A stretch of DNA of 64,000 bases from an uncultured Gemmataceae bacterium (GTDB taxonomy: Bacteria; Planctomycetota; Planctomycetia; Gemmatales; Gemmataceae): NCBI GenBank assembly GCA_963750165.1, contig CAVVPN010000003.1:1568001-1632000 (forward strand), given 5' to 3'. Numbering within the stretch: the stretch's first letter is position 1; every line of letters begins with the position of its first letter. The notes under the pieces were generated by a model that was given only the letters and a program-made list of their open reading frames with translations, searched no databases and was not told the origin of the DNA. The translations under genes and the position numbers were made by a program. Shown one piece after another: positions 9,299 to 20,730 of this stretch.

Positions 9299-11005
9299 AT
9301 GCCGCTGGTGCAACGTCTGGTTCAGAATGGCAAACTTCAGGAGAGCGATGTCGTCTCCCTCGACGAGCAGCGCGCCGCCAACCCTGACAAGCCCGTTCAC
9401 GAACTGCTCATCGAAAAGGGCTATGCCCGCGAGGAAGATGTCCTCACCGCCCTCGCGGAAGAGTTCGGCATGGACCTCGTCGATCTCTCCAAGGTCAGCG
9501 TGGACCCGAACACCTTGAAGGAAATGCCGTTGCGCATGGTCCACCGCCGCGCACTGATGCCGCTGTCGCGCGAGAACGGCACCCTGGTTGTCGCCACCGG
9601 CGACCCCTTCGACGTGTACTCCCTCGACGAACTGGCCACCCTCACGGGGCTGCACATCCATCCCGTGCTCGCCAGCCCGCGCAAGATTCAGCGCCTCATC
9701 AAGATGCACTTCGGCGTCGGTGGCGATACCGTCACCACCATGGCGCAGGAGCGCGAGGAGGAGCAGCTCGAACTCCTAGAGGACATCGAGGCCGACGACA
9801 GCGAGATGGCCAAGCAGGCGCAGGAAGCCTCGGTCGTCAAGCTGGTCAACGAAATCCTCATCGAGGCCGCCAACGAGCGCGCCAGCGACATCCACGTTGA
9901 GGTCGAGGACAAGGGCGCTCTGCGCATCCGCTACCGCGTTGACGGTCTGCTGCAAACGCAGCCGCTGCCGCCGGAGATCAACCGTTTCCAGGCCGCCATC
10001 ATCAGCCGCATCAAGATCATGTCGCGCCTGAACATCGCCGAGAAGCGGTTGCCGCAGGACGGCCGTATCAAGATGCGCGTGCAGAACCGCGAGATCGACG
10101 TCCGCGTTTCCATCATTCCGATGGTTCACGGTGAAGGCATCGTCATGCGTCTGCTCGACAAGGGCCGCATGGTCTTCAACCTCAAGAACGTCGGCATGCT
10201 CGATGACGTGTACACCGTCTTCAAGAAGCTGATCGACAAGCCGCACGGCATCGTCCTGGTCACCGGCCCGACCGGCTCCGGCAAATCGACCACGCTCTAT
10301 TCCGCCCTCAATGAGATCAAGGACGAATACACCAAGATCATCACGGTCGAGGACCCCGTTGAGTATCAGCAGCCGGGCATCAGTCAGATTCAGGTGCATC
10401 ACAAGATCGGCCTGACCTTCGCGGCCAGCCTGCGCAGCATCCTGCGTCACGACCCGGACGTGATCCTCATCGGCGAAATGCGCGATAAGGAGACGGCCGA
10501 CAGCGCCATCCAGGCGTCGCTGACCGGCCACATGGTCTTCAGCACCCTGCACACCAACGACGCGCCCAGCGCCTTCACCCGTATGATCGACATGGGCGTC
10601 GAGCCGTTCCTGGTCGGCAGCACGGTCGAAGGCGTCATGGCCCAGCGCCTGGTGCGCACCATCTGCCCGGAGTGCAAGGTCACCTACGAACACGACCCGC
10701 TCGACCTGCCCAGCGACTTCCCGATGCCGGAAGACGGCTCGCGGCCAGTGCTGTACAAGGGCGCCGGCTGCCGGGCCTGCCGCCAGACCGGCTACCGCGG
10801 CCGTACCGGCATTCACGAACTGATGGTCACCAACGAAGAGATCCGCGACCTGGTGGTGCAGCGCGTCAACGCCGGCCACATCCGCAACGTGGCGTCCAAG
10901 CACGGCATGATTACGCTGCGCAAGGACGGCTGGCGCAAGGTGCTCAAGGGCATGACCACCGTCGATGAGGTCGCCCGTGTCACCGCCGGCGACATTGTTA
11001 TGTAA
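9299..11005 (+). CDS. gspE: Type II secretion ATPase GspE/PulE
   Basis: ASDIHVE, RLPQDGR, Walker [41 protein letters not shown] and a CxxC...CxxC zinc site. Confidence 0.95.
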   Translation: MPLVQRLVQNGKLQESDVVSLDEQRAANPDKPVHELLIEKGYAREEDVLTALAEEFGMDLVDLSKVSVDPNTLKEMPLRMVHRRALMPLSRENGTLVVATGDPFDVYSLDELATLTGLHIHPVLASPRKIQRLIKMHFGVGGDTVTTMAQEREEEQLELLEDIEADDSEMAKQAQEASVVKLVNEILIEAANERASDIHVEVEDKGALRIRYRVDGLLQTQPLPPEINRFQAAIISRIKIMSRLNIAEKRLPQDGRIKMRVQNREIDVRVSIIPMVHGEGIVMRLLDKGRMVFNLKNVGMLDDVYTVFKKLIDKPHGIVLVTGPTGSGKSTTLYSALNEIKDEYTKIITVEDPVEYQQPGISQIQVHHKIGLTFAASLRSILRHDPDVILIGEMRDKETADSAIQASLTGHMVFSTLHTNDAPSAFTRMIDMGVEPFLVGSTVEGVMAQRLVRTICPECKVTYEHDPLDLPSDFPMPEDGSRPVLYKGAGCRACRQTGYRGRTGIHELMVTNEEIRDLVVQRVNAGHIRNVASKHGMITLRKDGWRKVLKGMTTVDEVARVTAGDIVM

Positions 11006-11075
11006 ACTCGGTTGTCTGCCGCAAGCGGCAGACAAGAAGTCTTCCCGCCCGGACATCGCCTCCAGGACCCCACCC

Positions 11076-12293
11076 ATGCCGGACTTCACCTACGAAGCCA
11101 TCGCCACCAGCGGCCAGCGCAGCCAGGGCACGCTGACCGCCAACAACGAGCGCGACGCCGCCGCCCAGCTCGACGCCCGCGGTCTCTATCCGCTGCGCAT
11201 CCACGCCCCGCGGCAGAGCGGCGCCACCGCCAACCTCCGCACCGGCGGCAAAAAAGTCGGCGCCCGCGTCATGGCCAACTTCTACTCGCAGCTGGCCGAC
11301 CTGCTGCACTCCGGCGTGCCGCTGCTGCGCAGCCTCGACATCCTCGAACGTCAGAGTTCCGCCCCGGCCCTGTCCGCCGTCCTCCGCGACATCCGCACCC
11401 GCGTCGCCGACGGCACCAGCATGGCCGACGCCATGGCGCTGCACCCACGCACCTTTAACGAACTCGCCATCAGCATGATTAAAGCCGGCCAGGAAGGCGG
11501 CTTCATGGAAGACGTGCTCAAGCGCATCGCCGACTTCACCGAACAGCAGGAGGACCTCAAGGGCAAGGTCGTCGGCTCCATGGCCTACCCGGTCTTTCTG
11601 GCCATCGCCGGCACCGCCATCCTGCTCATCCTGGTGATTTTCTTCGTTCCGCAATTCCGGCCCATCTTCGCCAAGCTCGAAGAAAAGGGCGAACTGCCGT
11701 TCGTCACCACCTTGTTGCTCAACTTCAGCGCTTTCCTGATCGGCTACTGGTGGATGATGCTCATTGGGCTCGTCGGCAGTATCATCGGCTTCAAGTCCTG
11801 GGCGGCCTCCGAGAGCGGCCGCTGGGCCATGGACCGCATCCGCCTGCGATTGCCGCAGGCCGGCACCATTTTCCTCAACCTGGCCCTGTCGCGCTTCACG
11901 CGCATCCTGGGTACGCTGATGCACAACGGCATCCCGATTTTGAACGCGCTGCGCATCGCCAAGGACTCGACCGGTAACCGGGTGCTCGCCGAGGCCATCG
12001 ACAAGGCCGCGGACAACGTCACCGGCGGCAAGTCCCTGGCGCAGCCGTTGGCTGCGTGCAAATTCTTCCCGCGCGACGTGGTCGAGATGGTGTCCGTCGG
12101 CGAGGAGAGCAACAGCCTGGAGACGGTGCTGCTCAACATCGCCAACGGCCTGGAAAAACGGACGATGCGGCAACTGGAGCTGTTTGTGCGCTTGTTGGAG
12201 CCGGTCATGCTGCTCGTCATGGCTGGCGTGACGCTGGTGATCGTGACCGGACTGCTGCTGCCGGTGTTCAAGATGAGCAGCACGGTGCAGTAA
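11076..12293 (+). CDS. gspF: Type II secretion inner-membrane platform protein GspF/PilC
   Basis: MPDFTYEA start, SGVPLLRSL, AGQEGG, MAYPVFL, VGEESNSLE and LLEPVMLL. Confidence 0.93.
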   Translation: MPDFTYEAIATSGQRSQGTLTANNERDAAAQLDARGLYPLRIHAPRQSGATANLRTGGKKVGARVMANFYSQLADLLHSGVPLLRSLDILERQSSAPALSAVLRDIRTRVADGTSMADAMALHPRTFNELAISMIKAGQEGGFMEDVLKRIADFTEQQEDLKGKVVGSMAYPVFLAIAGTAILLILVIFFVPQFRPIFAKLEEKGELPFVTTLLLNFSAFLIGYWWMMLIGLVGSIIGFKSWAASESGRWAMDRIRLRLPQAGTIFLNLALSRFTRILGTLMHNGIPILNALRIAKDSTGNRVLAEAIDKAADNVTGGKSLAQPLAACKFFPRDVVEMVSVGEESNSLETVLLNIANGLEKRTMRQLELFVRLLEPVMLLVMAGVTLVIVTGLLLPVFKMSSTVQ

Positions 12294-12312
12294 ACCAGCG
12301 AGTTCCTGGTCG

Positions 12313-12344
12313 GAGCCCGAGCGCCAGCGCTGGCGCTCAAGCTC
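12313..12344. repeat. Short REP-like palindrome
   Basis: GAGCCCGAGCGCCAG-CG-CTGGCGCTCAAGCTC; a shortened relative of 46510-46569. Confidence 0.65.
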
Positions 12345-12629
12345 GGACTCACACTGCCGACGTCATGAAAAAAATCGTCGCAAGTTGTGTCCGCTGTCGC
12401 GTTCGGGTGGTGCCGGGTGCCTCTCATAAACGGGAAGGCACGTTCCCGTCATGGATGAAGCAAGTTGTTTGCTATGCTGGCTTTACGCTTAGGAAAAAAT
12501 TTCCAATTTATTAATGGCAGTGGAACTTGAGCAAAGGTAGAAAACATTCATCAGTCTTTAATGGCGTGCCGTGGTAAGATTACCCCATCGAACAGGGAAT
12601 CTCGGCAATTGAGAGGGAGGAACGAGACC

Positions 12630-13055
12630 ATGCTGAAGCGCACGACCACAACGGTTGTGGTGGCCGCACGAGAAACGCGGAGCGGCTTCACCTTGATGGA
12701 AATGCTGGTGGTGGTGGCGATCATCGTCATCCTCGCCGGGGCGGCGACGCCGCTGGTGCTGAACTACCTGGCCCAGGCCCGCATGGACCGGGCCAAACTG
12801 GATATCAAGAAACTTGAGACGGCGGTCGGCGGTTTCTACGCCAAGCACGGTACATACCCGCAGACCCTGCCACAGCTGACCCAGCCGGATATCGACGGCA
12901 ATCCGCCCGTCCTGGGTATGCAGGATCTCCTGGACCCCTGGGGCAACCAGTACCAGTATAACCCTCAGCAGTTTACCAGCCGCGGCGTCCCGATGATCTC
13001 GTCCGGCGGCCCCAACGGGCAATCCCAGAATTTGAACAACAACAATATCAAATAG
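12630..13055 (+). CDS. gspG: Major pseudopilin GspG-like
   Basis: GGAGG RBS, prepilin site G|FTLMEMLVVVAII, and DPWGNQYQY...SSGGPNG. Confidence 0.88.
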   Translation: MLKRTTTTVVVAARETRSGFTLMEMLVVVAIIVILAGAATPLVLNYLAQARMDRAKLDIKKLETAVGGFYAKHGTYPQTLPQLTQPDIDGNPPVLGMQDLLDPWGNQYQYNPQQFTSRGVPMISSGGPNGQSQNLNNNNIK

Positions 13056-13107
13056 GGATCGTCGCCACGCCGTCCTTCCCGCCTGCCAAGGAACGAACCA
13101 GGAGAAT

Positions 13108-13605
13108 ATGGTGCGCACGCAACGCAAAGGAGCCTCGCTGTTCGAGATCATCGTGGTGATGGCCATCCTGGTCATCGCCGCGGGGCTCGCCGTGCCCTCT
13201 CTGAAATCCATGATGGGCAACACGCCCATGAAGGCGGCCGCGGATCAGGTCAAGTCGCGCTGGGCGGAGGCGCGGGCCAAGGCCATCGAGGAGGGCAAGC
13301 CCTATCGCTTCCAGATCAAGGACAGCACCAGTTACCGCATCGCCCCCGATGACGACTTCGACAGCTCCAGCGGTCTGGACGACACGCTGCCCAAGGACGT
13401 GACCTTCGGCAGCACCAGCAACACTGGCAACAACACTGGCAACAGCAACGGCAACAACACCAGCAGCACGAACGCCGACGGCAACGTCAGCATCATTTTC
13501 CTGCCGGACGGCACGACCACCTCGGACGTGGAACTGGGCCTGAAGGGCCAGGGCTATGCGCCCGTAACGCTGAAACTGAACAAGACCACCGGCGCCTCCC
13601 GCTGA
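13108..13605 (+). CDS. Minor pseudopilin (GspH/FimT-like)
   Basis: G|ASLFEIIVVMAIL, ARAKAI and IIFLPDGT. Confidence 0.8.
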   Translation: MVRTQRKGASLFEIIVVMAILVIAAGLAVPSLKSMMGNTPMKAAADQVKSRWAEARAKAIEEGKPYRFQIKDSTSYRIAPDDDFDSSSGLDDTLPKDVTFGSTSNTGNNTGNSNGNNTSSTNADGNVSIIFLPDGTTTSDVELGLKGQGYAPVTLKLNKTTGASR

Positions 13606-13632
13606 CGCTGGTGGCCGCCTGCGGGAAGGAAG

Positions 13633-14136
13633 ATGGCCATGCTCGCTCGCACTCGTCAGGGCTCGCCACGGCAGGCCCGGCGCTCCGGTCTGACACTCCT
13701 GGAAGTGCTGGTGTCCCTGGCCATCTTCCTGCTGTCCCTGGTGGCTCTCTCCCGCCTCATGGGCATGGGCACCGACTTTGCCCGCGACTCGCAGCAGCAG
13801 ACTGAATGCCTGCGCCTGGCCCAGTCCAAGTTGAACGAGGTCATGGCCGGCGTCATCAGCTGCAGCAGCGGCGGCAGTTCCGGCAGCTTCGACGAGAACC
13901 CCGACTTTCAGTACACGGTGGACATCGAGCCGAACGCCGATTTCTCTTCCTCTTCCAACCTGTACGACATCACCGTGACCGCGTTCCGCCAGCGGCCCGA
14001 CGGCACGAAAATGTCCGTCACCGTCAACCACACGCTCTTCGACCCCAGCCTGCGCGGCACCACCGTCAACACCAGTTCGTCCTCGTCGTCCTCGTCCTCG
14101 TCCTCATCCTCAACCACCAGCGGAGCCGGCCAGTGA
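13633..14136 (+). CDS. Minor pseudopilin (GspI-like) with poly-Ser tail
   Basis: G|LTLLEVLVSLAIF and LAQSKLNE; operon position. Confidence 0.8.
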   Translation: MAMLARTRQGSPRQARRSGLTLLEVLVSLAIFLLSLVALSRLMGMGTDFARDSQQQTECLRLAQSKLNEVMAGVISCSSGGSSGSFDENPDFQYTVDIEPNADFSSSSNLYDITVTAFRQRPDGTKMSVTVNHTLFDPSLRGTTVNTSSSSSSSSSSSSSTTSGAGQ

Positions 14137-15117
14137 TGACACACCCCCCCGCCGGCGCGCGGCGCGCGCGCCGCGTTTACACTGCTGGAAGTGATCCTGG
14201 CGCTGAGCATTTCGCTGCTCCTGCTGGGGGCGCTGTACGTCGCCCTGCAGATCCTCATGTCCAGCACGGACACTGGCCGCAGTCTGGTGACCGAGGCCAA
14301 CGTGTCGCGCGGCGTTTTTAACAAAATCACCAGCGACATCAACTCCAACCTGACGCCGCTCGACCCGCGCTTCAACAACGCCATCAACCTGCCCGACGGC
14401 ACCAACACGCCCATCGGCGCCGCCGCGGCCGCCGCCAACAGCAGCAGCAGCGGCACGACCAGTTCGGGCACCTCGGGCACCACGAGCGGCAGCGGTTCCG
14501 GTTCGGGCACCGGCGGTGGTTCCAGTTCGGGCACCGGCGGTGGTAGCGGCAGCAGTAGCGGCAGCAGCAACACGACGCCGCCCGCGCCCGCCGGCACGCC
14601 GGTGACCTTCAACCTCATGGTCCAGGGCGATTCCAGCTGCTTGACGCTGTATCTCGTCACGGTGCCGCGGGCGCCGTTGGACGCCCTCAAGGCCACCGCT
14701 GCTGCCGACGGGACGGACATGCCGTTGCCCGTGGCCGACCTGCGGCGCATCAGTTACTGCCTGATCGATGGCAAGGGCCTCGCTCGCCAGGAAATCAAGA
14801 TGGTGACGGATGTCAACTCGGTGGCCACCCTGCCGCCGAGCCTCTCCACCGACGACCCCGGCACCACAATCGTGGGCGAGGGCGTCACGTCCGTGCAGTT
14901 TCAATACTGGGACGGCATGGAATGGCAGGACAGCTGGGACGGCACCATGCTGAGTTCGATTGACATGGTGACGCCGCAGGGGCCGCCGATGGCCATTGCC
15001 GTCACCATCACCATGAAGCGCCCCGGCAACATGGGCGACCGTACTTACAAGCACGTCGTCGCCATCCCAACCGCCAACAACGGGATCGCCTCGGCCACCA
15101 CCACCAGCGGCTCCTAA
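14136..15117 (+). CDS. Minor pseudopilin (GspJ-like); 1-nt frameshift in the C7 run at 14144-14150
   Basis: The ATG overlapping the upstream stop is 1 nt out of frame with A|FTLLEVILAL. VQFQYWDGMEWQDSWD...PMAIAVTI at the C-terminus. Confidence 0.78.
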
Positions 15118-15130
15118 CCCGGGCAAAGCC

Positions 15131-16963
15131 ATGCTGCACCAACCGACTTCCCGTGCGACCGGCCACGACCGGCGGGCCTTCGTCATCCTGATGGTTCTCA
15201 TCGTCGTGGTCGTGCTGTCACTGGCCGCCTACCACTACGTCGATCTGACGCTGTCGGAATCCAAGGTGTCCGAGAAGACAGTGAAGCTGGCGCAGGCGCG
15301 GCTGGCCGCTGACGCCGCCGTCAACTGGGCGATGGCCGCCCTGGCGACGCCGACCGCGATCAGCGGTGATCCGCTCAACGGGGTGGTCTTCAGCAACCAG
15401 GCCGTGCTGCAGGGCAAGACCCTGGGCACCAGTTCGCAGGTCGTCTGGAGCATTATCACGCCCGCTTACCAGGACGACGGCGGCATCAGCCAGACCGGAG
15501 CCAGCACCGGCGTCGGTTCAGGCACCAACGGCAACTTCCGCTTTGGCTTCGGCGACGAGGGGGCCAAGATCAACCTCAACGGCGTCATGAAGCAGGATCC
15601 GACGGGCGTGACGCTGTACAACATGCTGATGCTGCTGCCCAACATGACCGACCCCATCGCCGCGTCCATCTGCGTCTGGCTGGGCGGCACGGACGACCCC
15701 AACAACCCCAACTACCCCGTACTGGTCAACGGGGCCACGGACGCTTATTACACCTCGCTCAACCCGTCCTACCAGGGCAAATACGGCCCCATCGACAGCC
15801 TGGAGGAATTGCTGCTGGTCCAGGGCGTGACGCCGCAACTGCTGTTCGGCAACGACCGCAACCGCAACGGCACCCTCGAACCGGACGAGGATCAGGGCAT
15901 TTACGGCTACCCGAGCATGGGCTGGTCGCTGTACCTGACGGTGTACACCCGTGACCGCAACGTGGACTACATGGGCAACCCGCGGGTTAACCTCAACGAC
16001 CCCAGCGTCACCGACGCGCCGACGTTGCTGCAAAACTTGACGACGGCCGGCGTGGACGAGAACCTGGCGGCGTTCATCGTGCTGTACCGCATGTTAGGGG
16101 CGTCATCGGCGCCGCCGGCCACGTCGTCCACGCCGGCCCCGACCACCAGCGGTTCCGGCGGCAAGGGGGGGACCAGCAAGAACACCAAGCCCGCGCCGGT
16201 GACGGGAACCGTGTCGGCTGGCGTGGTCGATCAGGCCGTCAGCGCTGCCGCCGCCAAAAGCAGCAGCAGTAGCAGCAGTAGCAGCAGCAGCAGCAGCGGC
16301 ACGACCAGCGCCTTCAAAGCGACGGTTTCGTCGCCGTACGATCTGATTGGCACGTGGGTAATGATCGCGGGCGCAACGCCCCAGGATCCGGACACGTATT
16401 ACCCCTGCCCGCTCAACGACTCGACGCAGCTGCCGACGCTGCTGCCGACGCTGCTGGATGAGACAACGACTTCCGCATCGACGGAGTTTTTCGGGCGCAT
16501 CAACATTAACACCGCGTCGCCGGCGGTGCTGGCGACGCTGCCAGCGGTGCTACCGGGCTATTCCGCGAGCAACAGTTCGTCCTCGAGCGGCAGCACGTCC
16601 TCGAGCGGCAGCTCGACCCCGAACCCGGCCCAGACGCTGACCAGCGACCAGATCACGGCGATCGTCAACGCCCAACCGCAGATGAACTCGGGCCAGCCGC
16701 TGGACCCGATGTACAACTCGCCAGCCTGGCTGATCTCGCAAGCCAATCTGCCGGTGGCGCTGGTCAAGAACCTGGACAAGTACATCACCACACGCTCGGA
16801 CGTGTATCGGATGCAGGCGCTCGGCTACTTCGGCGACGGCAGCAGCGGCCCGGTGGCGCGGATCGAGGCCGTCATCGACGCCAACGGCGGTCAGCCGCGC
16901 CTCCTGTACCGCCGTGACCTCACGGAACTGGGCAAGGGCTTTGACCTGCCGCCGTCGCAGTGA
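15131..16963 (+). CDS. gspK: Minor pseudopilin GspK-like
   Basis: A|FVILMVLIVVVVL, DEGAKINLN, SLEELLLVQGVT, GRININTAS and ITTRSDVY. Confidence 0.85.
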   Translation: MLHQPTSRATGHDRRAFVILMVLIVVVVLSLAAYHYVDLTLSESKVSEKTVKLAQARLAADAAVNWAMAALATPTAISGDPLNGVVFSNQAVLQGKTLGTSSQVVWSIITPAYQDDGGISQTGASTGVGSGTNGNFRFGFGDEGAKINLNGVMKQDPTGVTLYNMLMLLPNMTDPIAASICVWLGGTDDPNNPNYPVLVNGATDAYYTSLNPSYQGKYGPIDSLEELLLVQGVTPQLLFGNDRNRNGTLEPDEDQGIYGYPSMGWSLYLTVYTRDRNVDYMGNPRVNLNDPSVTDAPTLLQNLTTAGVDENLAAFIVLYRMLGASSAPPATSSTPAPTTSGSGGKGGTSKNTKPAPVTGTVSAGVVDQAVSAAAAKSSSSSSSSSSSSSGTTSAFKATVSSPYDLIGTWVMIAGATPQDPDTYYPCPLNDSTQLPTLLPTLLDETTTSASTEFFGRININTASPAVLATLPAVLPGYSASNSSSSSGSTSSSGSSTPNPAQTLTSDQITAIVNAQPQMNSGQPLDPMYNSPAWLISQANLPVALVKNLDKYITTRSDVYRMQALGYFGDGSSGPVARIEAVIDANGGQPRLLYRRDLTELGKGFDLPPSQ

Positions 16964-16969
16964 GCTGGC

Positions 16970-17002
16970 AGTCAGGGTCAGAAGTCAGAACTCAGAAGTC
17001 AG
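16970..17002 (+). repeat. Degenerate heptamer tandem repeat (AGTCAGA)n
   Basis: AGTCAGGGTCAGAAGTCAGAACTCAGAAGTCAG directly after gspK. Confidence 0.6.
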
Positions 17003-17081
17003 CAAGCAGGCTCGTACCTCATGCGTGTGCGCGTCCCCGACTTCCTCGCAACGGCCAACTAACATCAGGGAGACTTGCTTC

Positions 17082-18721
17082 GTGTCACGTTTTCTCGGCA
17101 TCGACTGGGACCAACACCAGTTGCACATACTCCAGGGCGGCGGTCGCGGCAGCGCTTGCCTCGAACGCGCGGCGCTGTCGCTGGACGGCGTCACCTTCAC
17201 CCCCGCGAACGCGGAGGCCGCCGGCAAGCTGCTCCGCCAGCGCCTCAAGGAGGCCGGCTTCGAGGCCGCGCCCGTGCTGGCCACCGTCAGCCGGGATCGG
17301 GTCGTTCTCAAGGAAGTCCGCATCCCGCCAGTCGCCGAGAACGAGGAACCGGCCCTCGTCCGCTTCCAGGCCGCCAAGGAACTTACCGAGGCGGACAACG
17401 TGGTCATTGACTACTGCTCCCGCCCCGGCAACGGCGACCGCCGCGCCTTCGTGGTGGCGCTCCGCAAGGATGTGGTCAATTTCTTCCAGTTAATGTGCAA
17501 GGCAGCTGGCCTGAAACTGCTGACGTTGACGCCGCGCGCCTTCGGCACCGCCATCGCTGTGCAGCACAGCCCCGTCAAGCCCGGCGCCGATTCGCCGGTG
17601 GCGGTCGTCTCGCTGGCGCCGCACTGGGCCGAGTTCTTCATCCTCCGCGGCGAACAGATCGTGTTCTCGCGGCCGTTGATGCCCGGCGCCGGCCTGCCCG
17701 GTGAGGTGCGCCGCAACCTGGCCGCCTTCGCCAATCAGGGGCCGCGCCAGAACGGCGCGGATCAGGTGCAGGGCCTGTACCTGGCCGGCAGCGAGGAGCA
17801 CCCCGACCTGCAACTGCAGCTGGAGCAGTCGCTCGGCCTGCCGGTCTATCCGCTGGATCCGTTCGCGGGCCAGGACAAGCTGCATTTCGCCGGCGGACCG
17901 CGCGGCGGCTTCACACCGCTGGCCGGCCTGTTGCTTGGCTGGTCCGCCCGCCAGCGCTGTGCCATCAACCTCGTCAAACCGCGCGAGCCCACCACCGCCG
18001 CTGACCCCAACCGCCGCAAGAAGGTGCTGGCGGCCCTGCTGGGTGTCGCCGCTTTGTTCCTGCTCGGCTCGCTGGCCCTCGCCTTCCAGGCGGGCGAGGC
18101 CCACAGGGAAGAGGAATTGCGGGATGTCGTCGGCAATCTCGACAACGAACTTCGCAAGCTGGACCCCGAGGCCAAACAGATCGAGGCCCTGAAAAACTGG
18201 ATGGGCAACTCCGTGTCGGTGATCGACGAACTGTACGACCTGACCGCCCTGTTCCCGCACAAGAAGGGGCTGCACCTCAAGGAAATCTCGTTCGCGTTAC
18301 GGGACGCGAAGGCCGCCGGAGGACCGGGCAAGGCGCCGCCACCAGCGCCGCCGCCGCCCGGAGCCAGGGACAGGAACGCGGTCCGGGAGAAGTATCACGC
18401 CGTCATGATTATCACTGGTGAGGTGCCCACCGGCGACGACCGCCTGGTGGAAAAGCTCAAGGACGACCTCAAGGAACGCGGCCGGCGGGCCAGAATCCTG
18501 TACCTGCCCGGCGCCAGCAAGAAGAACGCCAAGGAGTTCGCGCTGGAGATCGACCTGGGCCGAGCGCCCAGCGCCCCTACTCGCTGAAGCTGGTAGTGCC
18601 GCCGCCGATCTTTGATCGCAACGCCACGCCAGTGCCGCCGCCGAACCAGCAACTGCCGGCGACGGAGCAGTTGCAGCCGCCCGTCCGGGTGGAAGCGAAG
18701 GACGAGGAGGGCCAGCCATGA
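17082..18721 (+). CDS. PilM/GspL-like assembly protein fused to a PilN-like region (1-nt frameshift near 18558)
   Basis: FLGIDWD actin-like N-terminus, PALVRFQAAKEL, then INLVKPR followed by a TM helix and coiled coil. The alternative frame after 18558 ends in TGA overlapping the next ATG. Confidence 0.72.
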
Positions 18722-20403
18722 ACCCCAACGAACGTCGCAAGGCGATCCTGCTCGGCGCCCTGATCGCCACGATTCTTGTGGTCGGCGGTGGCTACTTGTT
18801 TGTGTGGCTGCCCTACCAGGAGACGCAGGCAAACATCGAACGGCTGGAGCAGGATCGGCTCGCCAAGCAGACGAAGCTCGCCCTGCTGAAGAAGGAGCAG
18901 AAGAAGCTGGAGCGCTGGCGGTTGTACAGCCTGCCGGGCGAGGTGGCCGCTCCGGTCAGGCAGCAACCCGGCCACCCGGTCGGGCCGGTCGGCAAGGACG
19001 ATCAGTATTTCTACCTGGAAGGCGAATACCTCAAATACCTGGATCACTCGCTGCTCAGGTACGACATCAGCCATGACTACCCGTCGCGCGACAAAAAGGC
19101 CGAGCCCCGGGCGGCCGGGCCGCAGGCGGCGCAGGTGCCGCCGTTCACGGCACTGACCTTCGATGTCAAGATTCAGAAGACCCGGCTGGGGAACCTGGTC
19201 AACTGGATGAACGACTTCCAGCGGACGCCGCTGCTGCAGCGCATCAAGAAGGTGACGATCAAGGTGCCGCCGGGCGCCAAGGATCCCGGCCTGCTCGACG
19301 CGGACCTCGTCGTCGAGGCGCTGATTGTGCAGGGGGCGTCGGCCAAACACGGCAAGACGCTGCTGGGCGTCGATGAGCGGCTGGTGGCGCTGAACACCTT
19401 TATCACGCTGCGCCGCGGCCCGGCCGGGCTGGCGCTGCTGCCGTACCTGGTCGGCCCCACCGGCCCCCGGGCGACGCCGCCGCTGCAGGACCAGCCGCCC
19501 GCGCGCGATTACCTGGCCCTGGCCAAGAAGGACATCTTCACCGGGCCGATTCCCGTTCGTCCGCCGAGGCCGCCGCAGCCGCCCACGGAAGAATATAAAC
19601 CGCCGCCGCCGCCGCAGTACACGGAGAACGTGGTCGCGTTCATGCGGCTGACGGACATCTCCGGGCCGGAGGCCGGGCCGCTGGAGGCGAATCTGTTTGA
19701 TCCGTCGCGCAAGGTCGCCATCCGCCTGCGGCAGCAGCGCGGCTACGACCGCTTTCCGCTGCTGGTCAATTACAAGAACGGCCCCGTCATCCTGGCTCAG
19801 CTGGCGTCCTTCGAGGGCACGCGCAGCCTGATCTTCCGCGCTGAACTGGCGGCGGTCGAGCCCTCGCCGAAATCGAGCAAGCCTTACGCCGAAACTCACG
19901 CCATTTACAAGTTGACCAAGACCGACCTGGCCGAACTGGTGGACGCCAAAAAGATCCAGTCCAAGGACATCGACCGCGTCTATCGGCTGCACACGTCGTA
20001 CTGGAACGAACTGGTGCGCGACCAGGTGCTGACGCTGGGCGGCAAGGGCGGCGGCGGGAACTTTGGCGGCGGCGGGAACTTTGGCGGCTTCCCCAAGGGG
20101 GGTGGCAAGGGCAAGGGCAAAGGTAAGGGCAGCGCGGCGCCCAAGGCCGGCAGCGAGTACGTCTCCAAGCTGGGCCTGGTGCGCGGCAAGGTGCTCACGG
20201 CGGACAGCACGCATGTGGTGTTCCTGCTCGACGAGCGCTACTGCACCACGACGGACGCGAAGGGCAATGCGGTGCGGCACTACGGCTTCTTCCGCCTGTC
20301 CGGCAAGGTGGGCGACGCCCTGCACCATCCGGTCGTGGAGGAACGGGTTGCGCGCGAGCTGCTGACCGCGCTGCGCGCACCGGACGAGGATGACGAGCCG
20401 TGA
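18718..20403 (+). CDS. T2SS assembly protein, PilO/GspM-like N-terminus with a long unknown C-terminus
   Basis: MNPNERR + TM helix + coiled coil, and LVNWMNDFQRTPLLQRIKKVTI; operon position. Confidence 0.55.
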   Translation: MNPNERRKAILLGALIATILVVGGGYLFVWLPYQETQANIERLEQDRLAKQTKLALLKKEQKKLERWRLYSLPGEVAAPVRQQPGHPVGPVGKDDQYFYLEGEYLKYLDHSLLRYDISHDYPSRDKKAEPRAAGPQAAQVPPFTALTFDVKIQKTRLGNLVNWMNDFQRTPLLQRIKKVTIKVPPGAKDPGLLDADLVVEALIVQGASAKHGKTLLGVDERLVALNTFITLRRGPAGLALLPYLVGPTGPRATPPLQDQPPARDYLALAKKDIFTGPIPVRPPRPPQPPTEEYKPPPPPQYTENVVAFMRLTDISGPEAGPLEANLFDPSRKVAIRLRQQRGYDRFPLLVNYKNGPVILAQLASFEGTRSLIFRAELAAVEPSPKSSKPYAETHAIYKLTKTDLAELVDAKKIQSKDIDRVYRLHTSYWNELVRDQVLTLGGKGGGGNFGGGGNFGGFPKGGGKGKGKGKGSAAPKAGSEYVSKLGLVRGKVLTADSTHVVFLLDERYCTTTDAKGNAVRHYGFFRLSGKVGDALHHPVVEERVARELLTALRAPDEDDEP

Positions 20404-20730
20404 GACTGAGCGCCAAAAATAATTGCCCTTCCCTTTTCCTGCGCTCCGGCGTATAGGCCCTCCACGACACATTGCCAACCGAGGGGGCCACAGGTTCATG
20501 GAGGTGGCAGCCCGTCCGCGCCCGGGGAAGCGCGGAGCCTGCGTCCGAACCGCGGCCGGGAAATCTCGCTCAATAACATGGGCGGACCCTGCCGATGGTA
20601 ACGATAATACGGAAGCAGCAGATTTTGCTGTCGCAGGCAGGAGTGATTGGCTATCATGAACAATTGGTTTGGTTGGCATAACGTCGGTAATCAGGGGTGC
20701 CGTTCTTTGGGGACCCGACAGGGGAATACC

